A DNA stretch of 64,000 nt from Syntrophaceae bacterium (GTDB lineage: Bacteria; Desulfobacterota; Syntrophia; Syntrophales; UBA5619), in contig PLLC01000087.1 of assembly GCA_003141195.1 (NCBI GenBank), positions 2,875-66,874 on the forward strand. Reading direction: 5' to 3'. A program made the position numbers and the translations under genes. Shown here piece by piece: positions 37,744-46,747 of the stretch (position 1 is the stretch's first letter; each line of letters starts with the position of its first letter). The notes below the pieces were generated by a model. The model was not told the DNA's origin, did no database searches, and worked only from the letters and a program-made list of their open reading frames with translations.

Positions 37744-38649
37744 ATGAAATTCAAGGGTATCGTCACCGTCATTCGCGTTCCCTTTCTGATCCTAACTTTG
37801 ATTCTCGGGATTCTCGGGGCCGGTGTCGCCTGGTACGAATCGAGACGGTTCGGATCGCCGTTCCACATGGGGTACGCGCTCCTGGCGACGTTCGGTTTGC
37901 TGGTCGCCCATGCGGCGGTCAACATTTTCAACGAGTATTTTGACTCCCGGAGCGGTCTGGATTTCAAAACCCGCCGGACTCCGTTCAGCGGGGGCAGCGG
38001 CGCCGTCCCCAGCGGCCTGCTGACGCTGCAACAGGCCCTGTGGCTCGGCATCGCCTGCTTCGTCTTCATTGTCCCGATCGGCGTCTTCTTCACGCTGGAG
38101 AAGGGGTGGATGCTCGTGCCGCTGCTGGTGATCGCCACGCTTCTGATCGTCCTGTACACCCCCTTCATTCTCAAGATGGGCTATCCCGAGTGGTCGCCGG
38201 GTCTGGGCCTGGGCATCCTGCCCGTCATGGGCGCCTATTTTGTCCATACCGGCGAATATACGCTGACTGCCTTCATCGCCTCGATGCCGTCCTATTTCCT
38301 GGTGCACAATCTGCTTCTGCTCAACGAGTTCCCGGACGTCGAGGCGGATATTACGGTCAAAAGGCGGACGCTGCCGATCGTTTTCGGCAAAAAGAGGGCG
38401 GCCGTCGTTTTCTCCCTGTTTACCGTATTGGTCTATCTCTGGATCGTCGGGGCGGTGATGCTGCATTACATGCCCGCATTTACACTTCTGGCCCTGCTGA
38501 CGCTGCCCATCGCCCTGCAGGTGATCCGGGGGTCGTTCCGGTATGACGAGATGGAGCTCTTCCTGCCGGTCATGATGAAGAACGTCCAACTGGTATTGCT
38601 GACCCAGGCGCTCATTGCGGCGGGATATATCCTGGGCGGAATCTTCTGA
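37744..38649 (+). CDS. UbiA-family aromatic prenyltransferase (MenA-like)
   Basis: NIFNEYFDSRSGLD and NEFPDVEADITVKRRTLPIVFG Asp-rich motifs, and about 8-9 TM segments. AGGAGG precedes ATG 37744. Confidence 0.75.
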   Translation: MKFKGIVTVIRVPFLILTLILGILGAGVAWYESRRFGSPFHMGYALLATFGLLVAHAAVNIFNEYFDSRSGLDFKTRRTPFSGGSGAVPSGLLTLQQALWLGIACFVFIVPIGVFFTLEKGWMLVPLLVIATLLIVLYTPFILKMGYPEWSPGLGLGILPVMGAYFVHTGEYTLTAFIASMPSYFLVHNLLLLNEFPDVEADITVKRRTLPIVFGKKRAAVVFSLFTVLVYLWIVGAVMLHYMPAFTLLALLTLPIALQVIRGSFRYDEMELFLPVMMKNVQLVLLTQALIAAGYILGGIF

Positions 38650-38659
38650 GGAGATATCG

Positions 38660-39298
38660 ATGGTCAGGCAAAACATGGATTTTACCCTTTACCTCGTGAC
38701 GGATCGTCGCTGGCTTGGCGAAAGGACCCTCTGGGATGGTGTCGAAGAGGCCATTCTCGGCGGTGTAACCCTCGTTCAGCTTCGTGAAAAGGAGATATCC
38801 TCCAAAGAATATCTCGAACTCGCTCAAAAGGTGAAAACCGTAACCGACCGGCATGACATCCCGCTGATCATCAATGACCGAATAGACATTGCTCTGGCGA
38901 TCGACGCCGACGGTGTCCATCTTGGCCCGGAAGATCTGCCCGTTCCGCTTGCCCGCAAATTGCTGGGTGACGGTAAGATCATCGGCTCTTCCGCCGCTTC
39001 GGTGGACGAGGCGCTGTTGTTTCAGGCGCAGGGCGCGGATTATCTGGGGGTGGGCGCCGTCTTTCCGACTGCCACGAAACGGGGGACAGAGAAGGTCGGC
39101 CTTGAAGATCTCAGAGGGATAAAATCGGCTGTCCATATCCCGGTGGTGGCGATCGGCGGCATCAAGGCGGAGAATGCAAAGCCGGTCATGGAAACGGGGG
39201 TGGATGGTGTGGCCGTGGTCTCCGCCATCATGGATCAAACGGACATCCGGGAAGCGGCCCGGCAGCTTTTATCCCTGCTGAAAGGAGCAACGGCATGA
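38660..39298 (+). CDS. thiE: Thiamine-phosphate synthase ThiE
   Basis: LYLVTDRR...VQLREK...INDRIDIALA..ADGVHLG...GVGAVFPT..K...VAIGGI. Confidence 0.9.
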   Translation: MVRQNMDFTLYLVTDRRWLGERTLWDGVEEAILGGVTLVQLREKEISSKEYLELAQKVKTVTDRHDIPLIINDRIDIALAIDADGVHLGPEDLPVPLARKLLGDGKIIGSSAASVDEALLFQAQGADYLGVGAVFPTATKRGTEKVGLEDLRGIKSAVHIPVVAIGGIKAENAKPVMETGVDGVAVVSAIMDQTDIREAARQLLSLLKGATA

Positions 39299-40491
39299 AT
39301 GGAACCCGATACCGTTGGCCTGTCCTGTGGGCCGCGTTTGTGACCTATCTTTTTGACAGCTACGATTTGATGGTTCTGGCCATCGCCATGCCGGTTCTTC
39401 TCAAGGTCTTGAATATAACCCTTCCCGAAGGAGGGCTGCTGGGATCCGCCACGATGCTGGGCGCCATGGCCGGAAGCGTGCTGTTCGGGCTGATCGCCGA
39501 GAATTACGGCCGGCGTTTTGCCCTCCTGCTGGCCCTGGTCTGGCTCGGGATCGGAATGGGGGTTGTCTATTTCATGGACTCCTGGACCCATTGGATGGTC
39601 CTCAGATTCATGACGGGGATTGCAATCGGAGGGATATGGGGGCCCTGCGCCGCCCTGATTGCCGAACACTGGTCGCCTGAATACCGCGGACGCGCCGCGT
39701 CGTTTGTTTTCAGCAGTTTTGCCATCGGCGCTGTCCTGGCCTCCCTGGTCGGGCGGCTGGTCCTCCATGTCGAATGGCAATGGTTGTTTGTCGCCGGGAC
39801 CGTTTCCATTCCCGCCGCCCTGCTGGTCACCCGTCTGGTGCCTCCCGATCCGGAGCGATCGGTATCGGCCGACGGCAATCATGGGAAATCCAGGATCGGC
39901 ATCGGGGCTATTTTTGAAGGCGGCCTGGCCAAGACCACTTTTCTCGCGACGCTGGTCAGCGTTGTCAATCTGGCGGGTTACTGGGGTGCGGCCTTCTGGA
40001 TTCCGACCTTTTTGACCCAGGAGCGAGGGTTGAGCCTGACGACCATGGCCGGATTTTCCTTTGTAATGTACCTCGGAATGTTTCTCGGCTTTCAGTTCTT
40101 CGGCGTACTCTCGGACAGGATCGGTCGCCGTCGGGCCATGATTGCCTCCTTTGTCACCGTCGCCGCCGCGGTTGCGGTCTATATCGTGGTCCGCCATCCC
40201 CTGTTCCTGTTCTGGTGGGGGATTGTGGTCGGTTTCGGCCTCTGCGGTTCCGGCGGCGTACTTGGGGCGTACTATGCAGAGCTCTTCCCGGAGCGGGTCC
40301 GCGCGTATGCCGGCGGCTTCTGCTGGAACATGGGTCGCGTCGGGGCTGTGCTGGCGCCTTTCACCATCGGTTATATCGGCAAGGTCCACGGCCTGCAAAC
40401 GGGTCTTGCCCTCACCTGTGTGATCTATATCCTTGGAGCCGCGATGCTTTTATTGCTGCCCGAGACCTTTAAGGGCCGGAGGAGTGTTTGA
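39295..40491 (+). CDS. MFS transporter
   Basis: 398 aa with 12 hydrophobic segments and a GRRFA loop motif. 4-nt overlap with thiE. Confidence 0.75.
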   Translation: MNGTRYRWPVLWAAFVTYLFDSYDLMVLAIAMPVLLKVLNITLPEGGLLGSATMLGAMAGSVLFGLIAENYGRRFALLLALVWLGIGMGVVYFMDSWTHWMVLRFMTGIAIGGIWGPCAALIAEHWSPEYRGRAASFVFSSFAIGAVLASLVGRLVLHVEWQWLFVAGTVSIPAALLVTRLVPPDPERSVSADGNHGKSRIGIGAIFEGGLAKTTFLATLVSVVNLAGYWGAAFWIPTFLTQERGLSLTTMAGFSFVMYLGMFLGFQFFGVLSDRIGRRRAMIASFVTVAAAVAVYIVVRHPLFLFWWGIVVGFGLCGSGGVLGAYYAELFPERVRAYAGGFCWNMGRVGAVLAPFTIGYIGKVHGLQTGLALTCVIYILGAAMLLLLPETFKGRRSV

Positions 40492-41087
40492 GAAAGATGC
40501 CGGGAATTCATCTTGAGGACTATCTCAGCCGAAAAACCCTGATCCTGGGCGACGTCAATACCGGGAAGACCACCCTGACGAGGAAGGTACTGGAAGCATT
40601 ACTGTGCCGTCAGGATCTCGGAGGGCGGATCGCGATCGTGGATATGGCGCCGGAAGTCCCGGAAAAACTGGCAAACGAGAAGGGACTGATTGGCGTCGGC
40701 GGGAAATTGACGCCGCCGGAAGGGCAAGACATTCTCTATCTGGGCGGCCATTTTGAGCCGCCCCGCCTGAGTTCGAAGACGGAAGAAGAGGCCATGGAAA
40801 AGGCCCGACAAAATCGGCGGATCAGTGAGGGGCTCTTCCGGAAGCTCGACGGGCAGTCGCGGGACATCCTGTTTGTCAATGACGTCAGCATCTATCTCCA
40901 GGCGGGAATGACGGAAAACCTGACCCGATGGCTGGATCAGGCCGCAACGGTCATTGCAAACGGCTACTGGGGCAAAAGGCTCGGAGGGGGGACGCTGACC
41001 GAACGGGAAAGAACCGAGACGGCGAAGCTTAAGACTTATTTTGAACAGAAGGGGAGAGTCCTGATTTTAGAGCCTCGTCAACGTTGA
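40488..41087 (+). CDS. P-loop NTPase-like hypothetical protein
   Basis: GDVNTGKT Walker A-like motif; 199 aa. Overlaps the MFS stop. Family not recognised. Confidence 0.45.
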   Translation: MRKMPGIHLEDYLSRKTLILGDVNTGKTTLTRKVLEALLCRQDLGGRIAIVDMAPEVPEKLANEKGLIGVGGKLTPPEGQDILYLGGHFEPPRLSSKTEEEAMEKARQNRRISEGLFRKLDGQSRDILFVNDVSIYLQAGMTENLTRWLDQAATVIANGYWGKRLGGGTLTERERTETAKLKTYFEQKGRVLILEPRQR

Positions 41088-41191
41088 TGAACTCGTAAAA
41101 AGTCAAAATTTGCCAAACGCCGCTTTGTAACCTACTGTAATTATTAGGCACGAATTTTCAAAAAGGGCCATTTTTCGACTTTTTACGGGGC
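41088..41191. repeat. MITE-like element, copy 2 (same TIR core CGTAAAAAGTC / GACTTTTTACG)
   Basis: TIR cores at 41094..41104 and 41177..41187. Flanked by the 12-bp direct repeat CGTCAACGTTGA (41076..41087, 41192..41203), which includes the stop codon of the upstream gene. Confidence 0.55.
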
Positions 41192-41341
41192 CGTCAACGT
41201 TGACCGCACAAAAAGATCTCCGAGAGCTGGTTTTTGATCATTGTTAGGTCGTTCGGTATCCTCATTTCTTGAGAGTTCCAATTTTCAGGGCGCGTTCCTG
41301 ATGATTGATTGCAACATGATGCGCCCCGAAGAAGAAAGACA

Positions 41342-42271
41342 TTAGTTTCCTGTCTTCAGGAGATGCCGGCCAAAGAACACCGTCACCTCGCGAATGCTGT
41401 CCGCCCACGCTGTGGGATCGCCGCCTGTCGTGGCGCCGCGCCCGCTGGGCGAGTTCGCATTCACACGTGTCGCGCTGTAGCGCACGGGGTTGTTGCTGTC
41501 GAACGAATGGTGCACCCCCGGATAGACCTTGATCGCCACCGGGTACCCACCCTTCTGGGCGATTTCGGTCAGTTTGCGGCAGGATTCCGCCGGGGTCCAG
41601 TCGTCGTTTTCTCCGATCAGGATCAGCAGGGGGGCAATGGGCTTGTACACACCGATGTAGTCCGTGATCGGCCCTCTCGCCCCGGATTGGCGAGTGACGC
41701 GCCAGTCGCCGAATCGCTCGGCGCAACCCGGATACAGAGCGACCGCGGCGGCAAAACCGGCGGCCTTGTCGCGCGCGAACACGTCCCTCTCGCTTTCCGG
41801 CGCGACCATGGATGCCAGCGTCGTGGATCCGCCATGCGAGCCGCCCATAAGGCCCACCCGAGAGCCATCGACATAGGGTAATGTCCGGACATAGGAGAGC
41901 GCCGCATACGCGTCACGGACGCGCCGAACGGGATTGACCTCGGCTCGACTCGGCGACGGGTCGGCGCAAACGCCACCGGCATGGCCGCGCGTCGTGAAAC
42001 TGTCTGGAATAGCGATGGCATATCCCTGCTTCACCAGTTCCCCGGCCCAGCGGTCGGGAGCGCCGCTTGAGCGGGGACCGAGGCCGCTGCAGTCGTGCAT
42101 GATTACGACGGCGGGAAACGGTCCCGGCCCGTCGGGCTTCAGCAGCCTGACCGGAATCCGCTCCGGGGCTCCGGAGGGTCCGGTCGTGGTGATGGACAGG
42201 TTAGAGGTCGTGCCGACGCAACCCCCGAGGAAAACGAAGGCAAGCAGCAGTGGCATAAGCTTTGTGTACAT
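41342..42271 (-). CDS. Dienelactone hydrolase-family protein, lipoprotein-type signal
   Basis: LLAFVFLGGCVG lipobox; alpha/beta hydrolase with VVIMHDCSG and GGSHGG nucleophile-elbow-like motifs. Confidence 0.7.
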   Translation of the reverse strand: MYTKLMPLLLAFVFLGGCVGTTSNLSITTTGPSGAPERIPVRLLKPDGPGPFPAVVIMHDCSGLGPRSSGAPDRWAGELVKQGYAIAIPDSFTTRGHAGGVCADPSPSRAEVNPVRRVRDAYAALSYVRTLPYVDGSRVGLMGGSHGGSTTLASMVAPESERDVFARDKAAGFAAAVALYPGCAERFGDWRVTRQSGARGPITDYIGVYKPIAPLLILIGENDDWTPAESCRKLTEIAQKGGYPVAIKVYPGVHHSFDSNNPVRYSATRVNANSPSGRGATTGGDPTAWADSIREVTVFFGRHLLKTGN

Positions 42272-42491
42272 CGTTACTCCCCATGAAGAGCCAATCGGAC
42301 CACCTGACCAGTTTTTCTACTGTAAGCGTAAATCCAACCCACGTGCCACGAGGCGCGGAGGGGCGGGAGGGAGACGGAAAATCAGCCGAAAAGCTTCAGA
42401 AATGAATCACTTTTCACTAATTTTGTCAATGACTTTAGGCGGAATTATCACTTTTCCGATAAACCAAAAGGCCGCAGTTTTAAAAAACCCA

Positions 42492-42524
42492 TTGACAATT
42501 TCAAATGTATATTTTAAATGTCAA
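42492..42524. promoter_or_regulatory. Imperfect palindrome upstream of the TetR gene (candidate operator)
   Basis: TTGACAATTTCAAATGTATATTTTAAATGTCAA: both arms are TTGACA.TTT.AAA. Confidence 0.3.
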
Positions 42525-42550
42525 TTGAAAGTAACCAAGGAGACACAACG

Positions 42551-43246
42551 ATGAAAATCCCGAGAGAGGATACGACAAGGACCCGCGGGAAACTGCTGGC
42601 GGCCGCGGGTGAGATCTTTGCGGAGAAGGGCTTCCGGGACGCAACAATTGCGGAGATATGCCTGCGGGCCGGGACCAATGTCGCCGCCGTTAATTACCAC
42701 TTCGGCAGCAAAGAAGCCCTGTACAGCGAGGCCTGGCGGCACGCCTTTGCCCAATCCGTGCAGGCTCATCCCCCGGACGGCGGCGTGGCCGCCGACGCAC
42801 CGCCGGAAGAGCGCCTGCGGGGGCATGTCACGGCCCTGCTCCACCGGGTCGCCGACGAGAACAACCGGGAGTTCTGGTTCATGCAGCGGGAGTTTGCCAA
42901 CCCCACCGGCCTGCTGGAGGAGGTGATGCGGGAAGAGATCCGGCCCCTCCAGCAACGGACCGAGAGGATGGTCCGCGAGCTCCTCGGTCCGCAGGTCGCG
43001 GAGAGGGAGGTGCGGTTCTGCGAGGTGGGGATTATCAGCCAGTGCATCAACCCGATGGTCGTCCGGAATCGTCTCAAAGAGGGCGGGGACAATCAGGACG
43101 GCACGCGGAGAATCGACGATATCGAGGCCTACGCCCGGCATGTCGTGACCTTCTCCCTGACCGGGATCCGTGCCATTCGCGCGGCGGCCGAACAAGGCCA
43201 GGGCATAAACGAAGCGGAAACGCCTGAAAACGGGGGTCGCCGATGA
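42551..43246 (+). CDS. TetR/AcrR-family transcriptional regulator
   Basis: The N-terminal HTH LLAAAGEIFAEKGFRDATIAEICLRAGTNVAAVNYHFGSKEALY is typical of TetR. Confidence 0.85.
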   Translation: MKIPREDTTRTRGKLLAAAGEIFAEKGFRDATIAEICLRAGTNVAAVNYHFGSKEALYSEAWRHAFAQSVQAHPPDGGVAADAPPEERLRGHVTALLHRVADENNREFWFMQREFANPTGLLEEVMREEIRPLQQRTERMVRELLGPQVAEREVRFCEVGIISQCINPMVVRNRLKEGGDNQDGTRRIDDIEAYARHVVTFSLTGIRAIRAAAEQGQGINEAETPENGGRR

Positions 43247-44718
43247 AGTTGTTATCAAGCAGAATCCTTCCAGGGGCGATATTCCGGATCGCTTTGGGGT
43301 TGGCGGTCGTGATTCTGGCCGGTTGCGCCACGGTGGGCCCGGATTACGTCCCGCCCCGAACGACGGCCCCCCCCGCCTGGAACACCCCGTTGCAGGGCGG
43401 TCTGACGGTCGAGGCAAATCCGCCGGGGCTCGCGGCTTGGTGGAAGACCCTGAACGACCCGGAACTCTCCAAACTGATCGAACGCGCGGTGGCTCGAAAC
43501 CGTGACCTGAAAAAGGCCGAGGCTAGGGTCCGCGAGGCGCGCGCCCGCCGGGGCCTGAGCAAGGCCGGTCTCTACCCCACGCTCGACGCCTCGGGCTCCG
43601 CAAGCCGCAGCCGCGGCAGCGCCGACATCGGCCCGACCGCGACCACCGACCTCTTTTCCGCGGGCCTGGACGCCTCCTGGGAGATCGATCTTTTCGGGGG
43701 GGTCCGGCGTTCGGTGGAGGCCGCCGATGCGGACCTCCAGGCCGCCGGGGAGGACTTGCGCGATACGCTCGTGTCGCTCCTGGCCGAGGTCGGCCTCAAT
43801 TACGTCGATCTTCGCACCGGCCAGGCCCGTCTTGCCGTGACCGAGGCGAGTCTGAAGAGCCAGGAGGAGACGCACCGCCTTGCCCTGTGGCGCTTCCAGG
43901 CGGGGTTGGGCGACGATCTGGCCGTGCAGCAGGCCCGCTACAACCTGGAGAATACCCGCGCACAGATCCCGACCCTGCGCACTGCAATCTCAGAGGCTAA
44001 AAACCGCCTGGCGGTCCTCCTGGGCGAAGCGCCGGGTGCGGTGCACGCGGAGCTTTCGAAGCCCGAACCGGTCCCGAGCCTGCCCCCGGAAGTCGCAATC
44101 GGGGTGCCGGCGGACCTCCTCAGACAGCGGCCCGACGTACGCCGGGCCGAGCGCCAGCTCGCGGCACAGACGGCGCGGATCGGCGTCGCCACAGCGGAAC
44201 TCTACCCCAAACTCACCCTCAGCGGCGCGATCGGCCTTCAGGCCCTCACCTTCGGCGGCCTCTTCAATGCGGCAAATGCCACGTCCAGCGGCTCTTCCGG
44301 CCTCACCTGGCGGGTCTTCGACGCCGGCGCGATCCGGAAGAACATCGAGATCCAGTCCGCCCTGCAGGAGCAGTCCCTGATCGCCTACGAGTCCGCCGTG
44401 CTCGCCGCCCTGGAGGAGGCGGAAAACGCAATCCTGGCCTATGCCCAGGAACAGCGGCGCCGGCAGTCGCTCGCTGAGGCAACCCGGTCCGCTCAGGCGG
44501 CGGCTGAGCTCGCCGAGATCAAGTACCGCGCGGGGCTGATCGATTTTACGACGGTGCTGGAGGCCGAGCGGTCGCTCCTTAGCTTCCGGGACCAGCTCGC
44601 CCAGAGCGACGGGGCCATCGTCACGAACCTGGTCAAACTCTACAAGGCCTTGGGTGGCGGGTGGACCGCGCTCAACCCGGGCGAAAAGGAAATGTCCGCA
44701 AACGGAGCAAAATCATGA
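43243..44718 (+). CDS. Outer-membrane efflux lipoprotein (NodT/TolC family)
   Basis: VILAGCAT lipobox and two-repeat OMF architecture. ATGA overlap with the TetR gene. Confidence 0.85.
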   Translation: MKLLSSRILPGAIFRIALGLAVVILAGCATVGPDYVPPRTTAPPAWNTPLQGGLTVEANPPGLAAWWKTLNDPELSKLIERAVARNRDLKKAEARVREARARRGLSKAGLYPTLDASGSASRSRGSADIGPTATTDLFSAGLDASWEIDLFGGVRRSVEAADADLQAAGEDLRDTLVSLLAEVGLNYVDLRTGQARLAVTEASLKSQEETHRLALWRFQAGLGDDLAVQQARYNLENTRAQIPTLRTAISEAKNRLAVLLGEAPGAVHAELSKPEPVPSLPPEVAIGVPADLLRQRPDVRRAERQLAAQTARIGVATAELYPKLTLSGAIGLQALTFGGLFNAANATSSGSSGLTWRVFDAGAIRKNIEIQSALQEQSLIAYESAVLAALEEAENAILAYAQEQRRRQSLAEATRSAQAAAELAEIKYRAGLIDFTTVLEAERSLLSFRDQLAQSDGAIVTNLVKLYKALGGGWTALNPGEKEMSANGAKS

Positions 44719-46007
44719 CCGAACAAAACAATGAAAAGGGGATCGCCGAGACCCTGGAGATCGGCAAGGAAGTCAGGCCGGGCCGGAGATGGGGGCGCTG
44801 GGCGGCCGTCGTCCTCGTCCTGGCGATCGCGGCCGCGGCAGCCTGGTATTTTCTGAAACCCGACCCGAAGGCTGCGGCGACGCAGTACAAAACCGAGCAG
44901 GTCCGGCGGGGCGATCTGACGGTGATCGTCACTGCGACCGGCACCCTGAAGCCGACCAACTCCGTGGATGTCGGGAGCGAGCTCTCCGGGATCGTCAAGA
45001 GCGTGGAGGCGGACTACAACAGCCGCGTCAAGGTCGGACAGGTCCTGGTGCGCCTCGACACCTCGAAGCTGGAGGCGACGATCACCCAGTCCAAGGCGGC
45101 GCTCGAATCGGCGCAGGCGAAGGTCCTGCAGACCCGGGCCACCGTCACGGAGACCCGGGCAAAGCTCGCACAGCTCAAAAACGCCCGCGAGATCAGCCAG
45201 GGCAGGCTCTCTTCGCAGGCCGAGGTCGATGCGGCGGAGGCGGCCTTCGCCCGCGCCCAGGCCGACACCGCCAGTGCCATGGCGGCGGTCTCCCAGGCCC
45301 GGGCCGTCCTCGAGGCGAACGAAACGGACCTCGCCAAAGCGGTGATCCGCTCGCCGATCAACGGCATCGTCCTTGTCCGCAGCGTCGAGCCCGGGCAGAC
45401 CGTGGCCGCCGCCTTCCAGTCCCCGGTGCTCTTCAGCCTGGCCGAAGACCTGACCCGGATGGACCTCCACGTAAACGTCGACGAGGCCGACATCGGCAAG
45501 ATCCGCGAGGGGCAGAAGGCGACCTTCACCGTGGCCGCCTACCCGAACCGCACCTTTACGGCACAGATCACCCAGGCCCGCTACGGCTCCTCCACGACCT
45601 CGGGTGTCGTGACCTACGAAACAATCCTCAAAGTGGCCAACCCCGACCTCGCCCTGCGGCCGGGGATGACGGCCACCGCGGACATCACGGTCCGGGAACT
45701 CAAGGACGCCCTCCTGGTCCCGGGCGCGGCACTCCGCTTCACCCCGCCGGTGGTGCAGGTGGAAGAGAAAACCTCCCGCGGCTTGTTCTTCTCGCTCTTC
45801 CCGCGGCCGACCCGTCCGTCGCAGGGAAGCGACAACGGAGGCGCCGGCAAGGGTAAGCAGCGGGTCTGGGTCCTCAAGGACGACCGGCCCGTCGCCGTTC
45901 TCATCACGACCGGCTGGACCAGCGGCAGCCTGACCGAGGTCACTTCCGGCAATCTTGCGCCCGGCACGCCGCTGGTCGTCGACATCCTGGCGGGGGCAAC
46001 GAAGTGA
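44715..46007 (+). CDS. Periplasmic adaptor subunit (HlyD/MacA-like)
   Basis: N-terminal TM anchor, coiled-coil hairpin and barrel-sandwich motifs. ATGA overlap with the OMF gene. Confidence 0.8.
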   Translation: MTEQNNEKGIAETLEIGKEVRPGRRWGRWAAVVLVLAIAAAAAWYFLKPDPKAAATQYKTEQVRRGDLTVIVTATGTLKPTNSVDVGSELSGIVKSVEADYNSRVKVGQVLVRLDTSKLEATITQSKAALESAQAKVLQTRATVTETRAKLAQLKNAREISQGRLSSQAEVDAAEAAFARAQADTASAMAAVSQARAVLEANETDLAKAVIRSPINGIVLVRSVEPGQTVAAAFQSPVLFSLAEDLTRMDLHVNVDEADIGKIREGQKATFTVAAYPNRTFTAQITQARYGSSTTSGVVTYETILKVANPDLALRPGMTATADITVRELKDALLVPGAALRFTPPVVQVEEKTSRGLFFSLFPRPTRPSQGSDNGGAGKGKQRVWVLKDDRPVAVLITTGWTSGSLTEVTSGNLAPGTPLVVDILAGATK

Positions 46008-46747
46008 CGACCGCAGCGCAAAACGCAAACGGCGCCGGGCCGCAGCCCGAGAATCTGGTTGCCTTCCGCGGGGTGACGAAGGTGTACGGCCGGGGAGGCG
46101 CCTCGATGCAGGCCCTGCGCGGGATCGATCTCGACATCTCCGGGGGCGAGTTCGTGGCGATCATGGGGCCGAGCGGATCGGGCAAGTCGACCTGCATGAA
46201 CATCCTGGGCTGCCTCGACACGCCGACCGCCGGGAGCTATCGCTTCAAGGGGGTCGAGGTCGGCGGCCTGAGCCGCAATCAGCGGGCTCTGCTCCGCCGC
46301 CACTACCAGGGGTTCGTGTTCCAGGGGTACAATCTCCTCAACCGCACCTCGGCGCTGGAGAACGTGGAGCTGCCACTCCTCTACCGCGGCGCCTCCGCCT
46401 CCGAGCGCCGCGCCCGCGCCCGCGAGGCCCTGGAGACGGTGGGGCTCACGGGGTGGGAGGCCCATTCGCCCGGCGAGCTCTCGGGGGGACAGCAGCAGCG
46501 CGTCGCGATCGCCCGCGCCATCGTCACGAAGCCGGCGGTGCTTTTGGCCGACGAGCCGACGGGGAACCTCGACACGGCCCGGAGCCGCGAGATCATGGAG
46601 CTTCTGACCGCCCTAAACCGCGAACGGGGGATCACCGTCATCATGGTCACCCACGAGCAGGACATGGCCGCCTACGCGACGCGGATCATCCGGTTCATGG
46701 ACGGCCTGGTCGCATCGGATCAGCCGAACGGAGGGAAATCATCATGA
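46004..46747 (+). CDS. MacB/LolD-type ABC transporter ATP-binding protein
   Basis: GPSGSGKST, LSGGQQQRVAIARA, LLADEPTGNLD. Confidence 0.9.
   Translation: MTTAAQNANGAGPQPENLVAFRGVTKVYGRGGASMQALRGIDLDISGGEFVAIMGPSGSGKSTCMNILGCLDTPTAGSYRFKGVEVGGLSRNQRALLRRHYQGFVFQGYNLLNRTSALENVELPLLYRGASASERRARAREALETVGLTGWEAHSPGELSGGQQQRVAIARAIVTKPAVLLADEPTGNLDTARSREIMELLTALNRERGITVIMVTHEQDMAAYATRIIRFMDGLVASDQPNGGKSS

Noticed and set aside
44640-46028. 462-aa minus-strand ORF, plus the 5' part (45955..46743) of the 664-aa plus-strand ORF
   Set aside because: The first is antisense to the adaptor gene. The second is an out-of-frame overlap with the ABC ATPase gene. Only the portion from ATG 46744 onward matches an FtsX/MacB permease.
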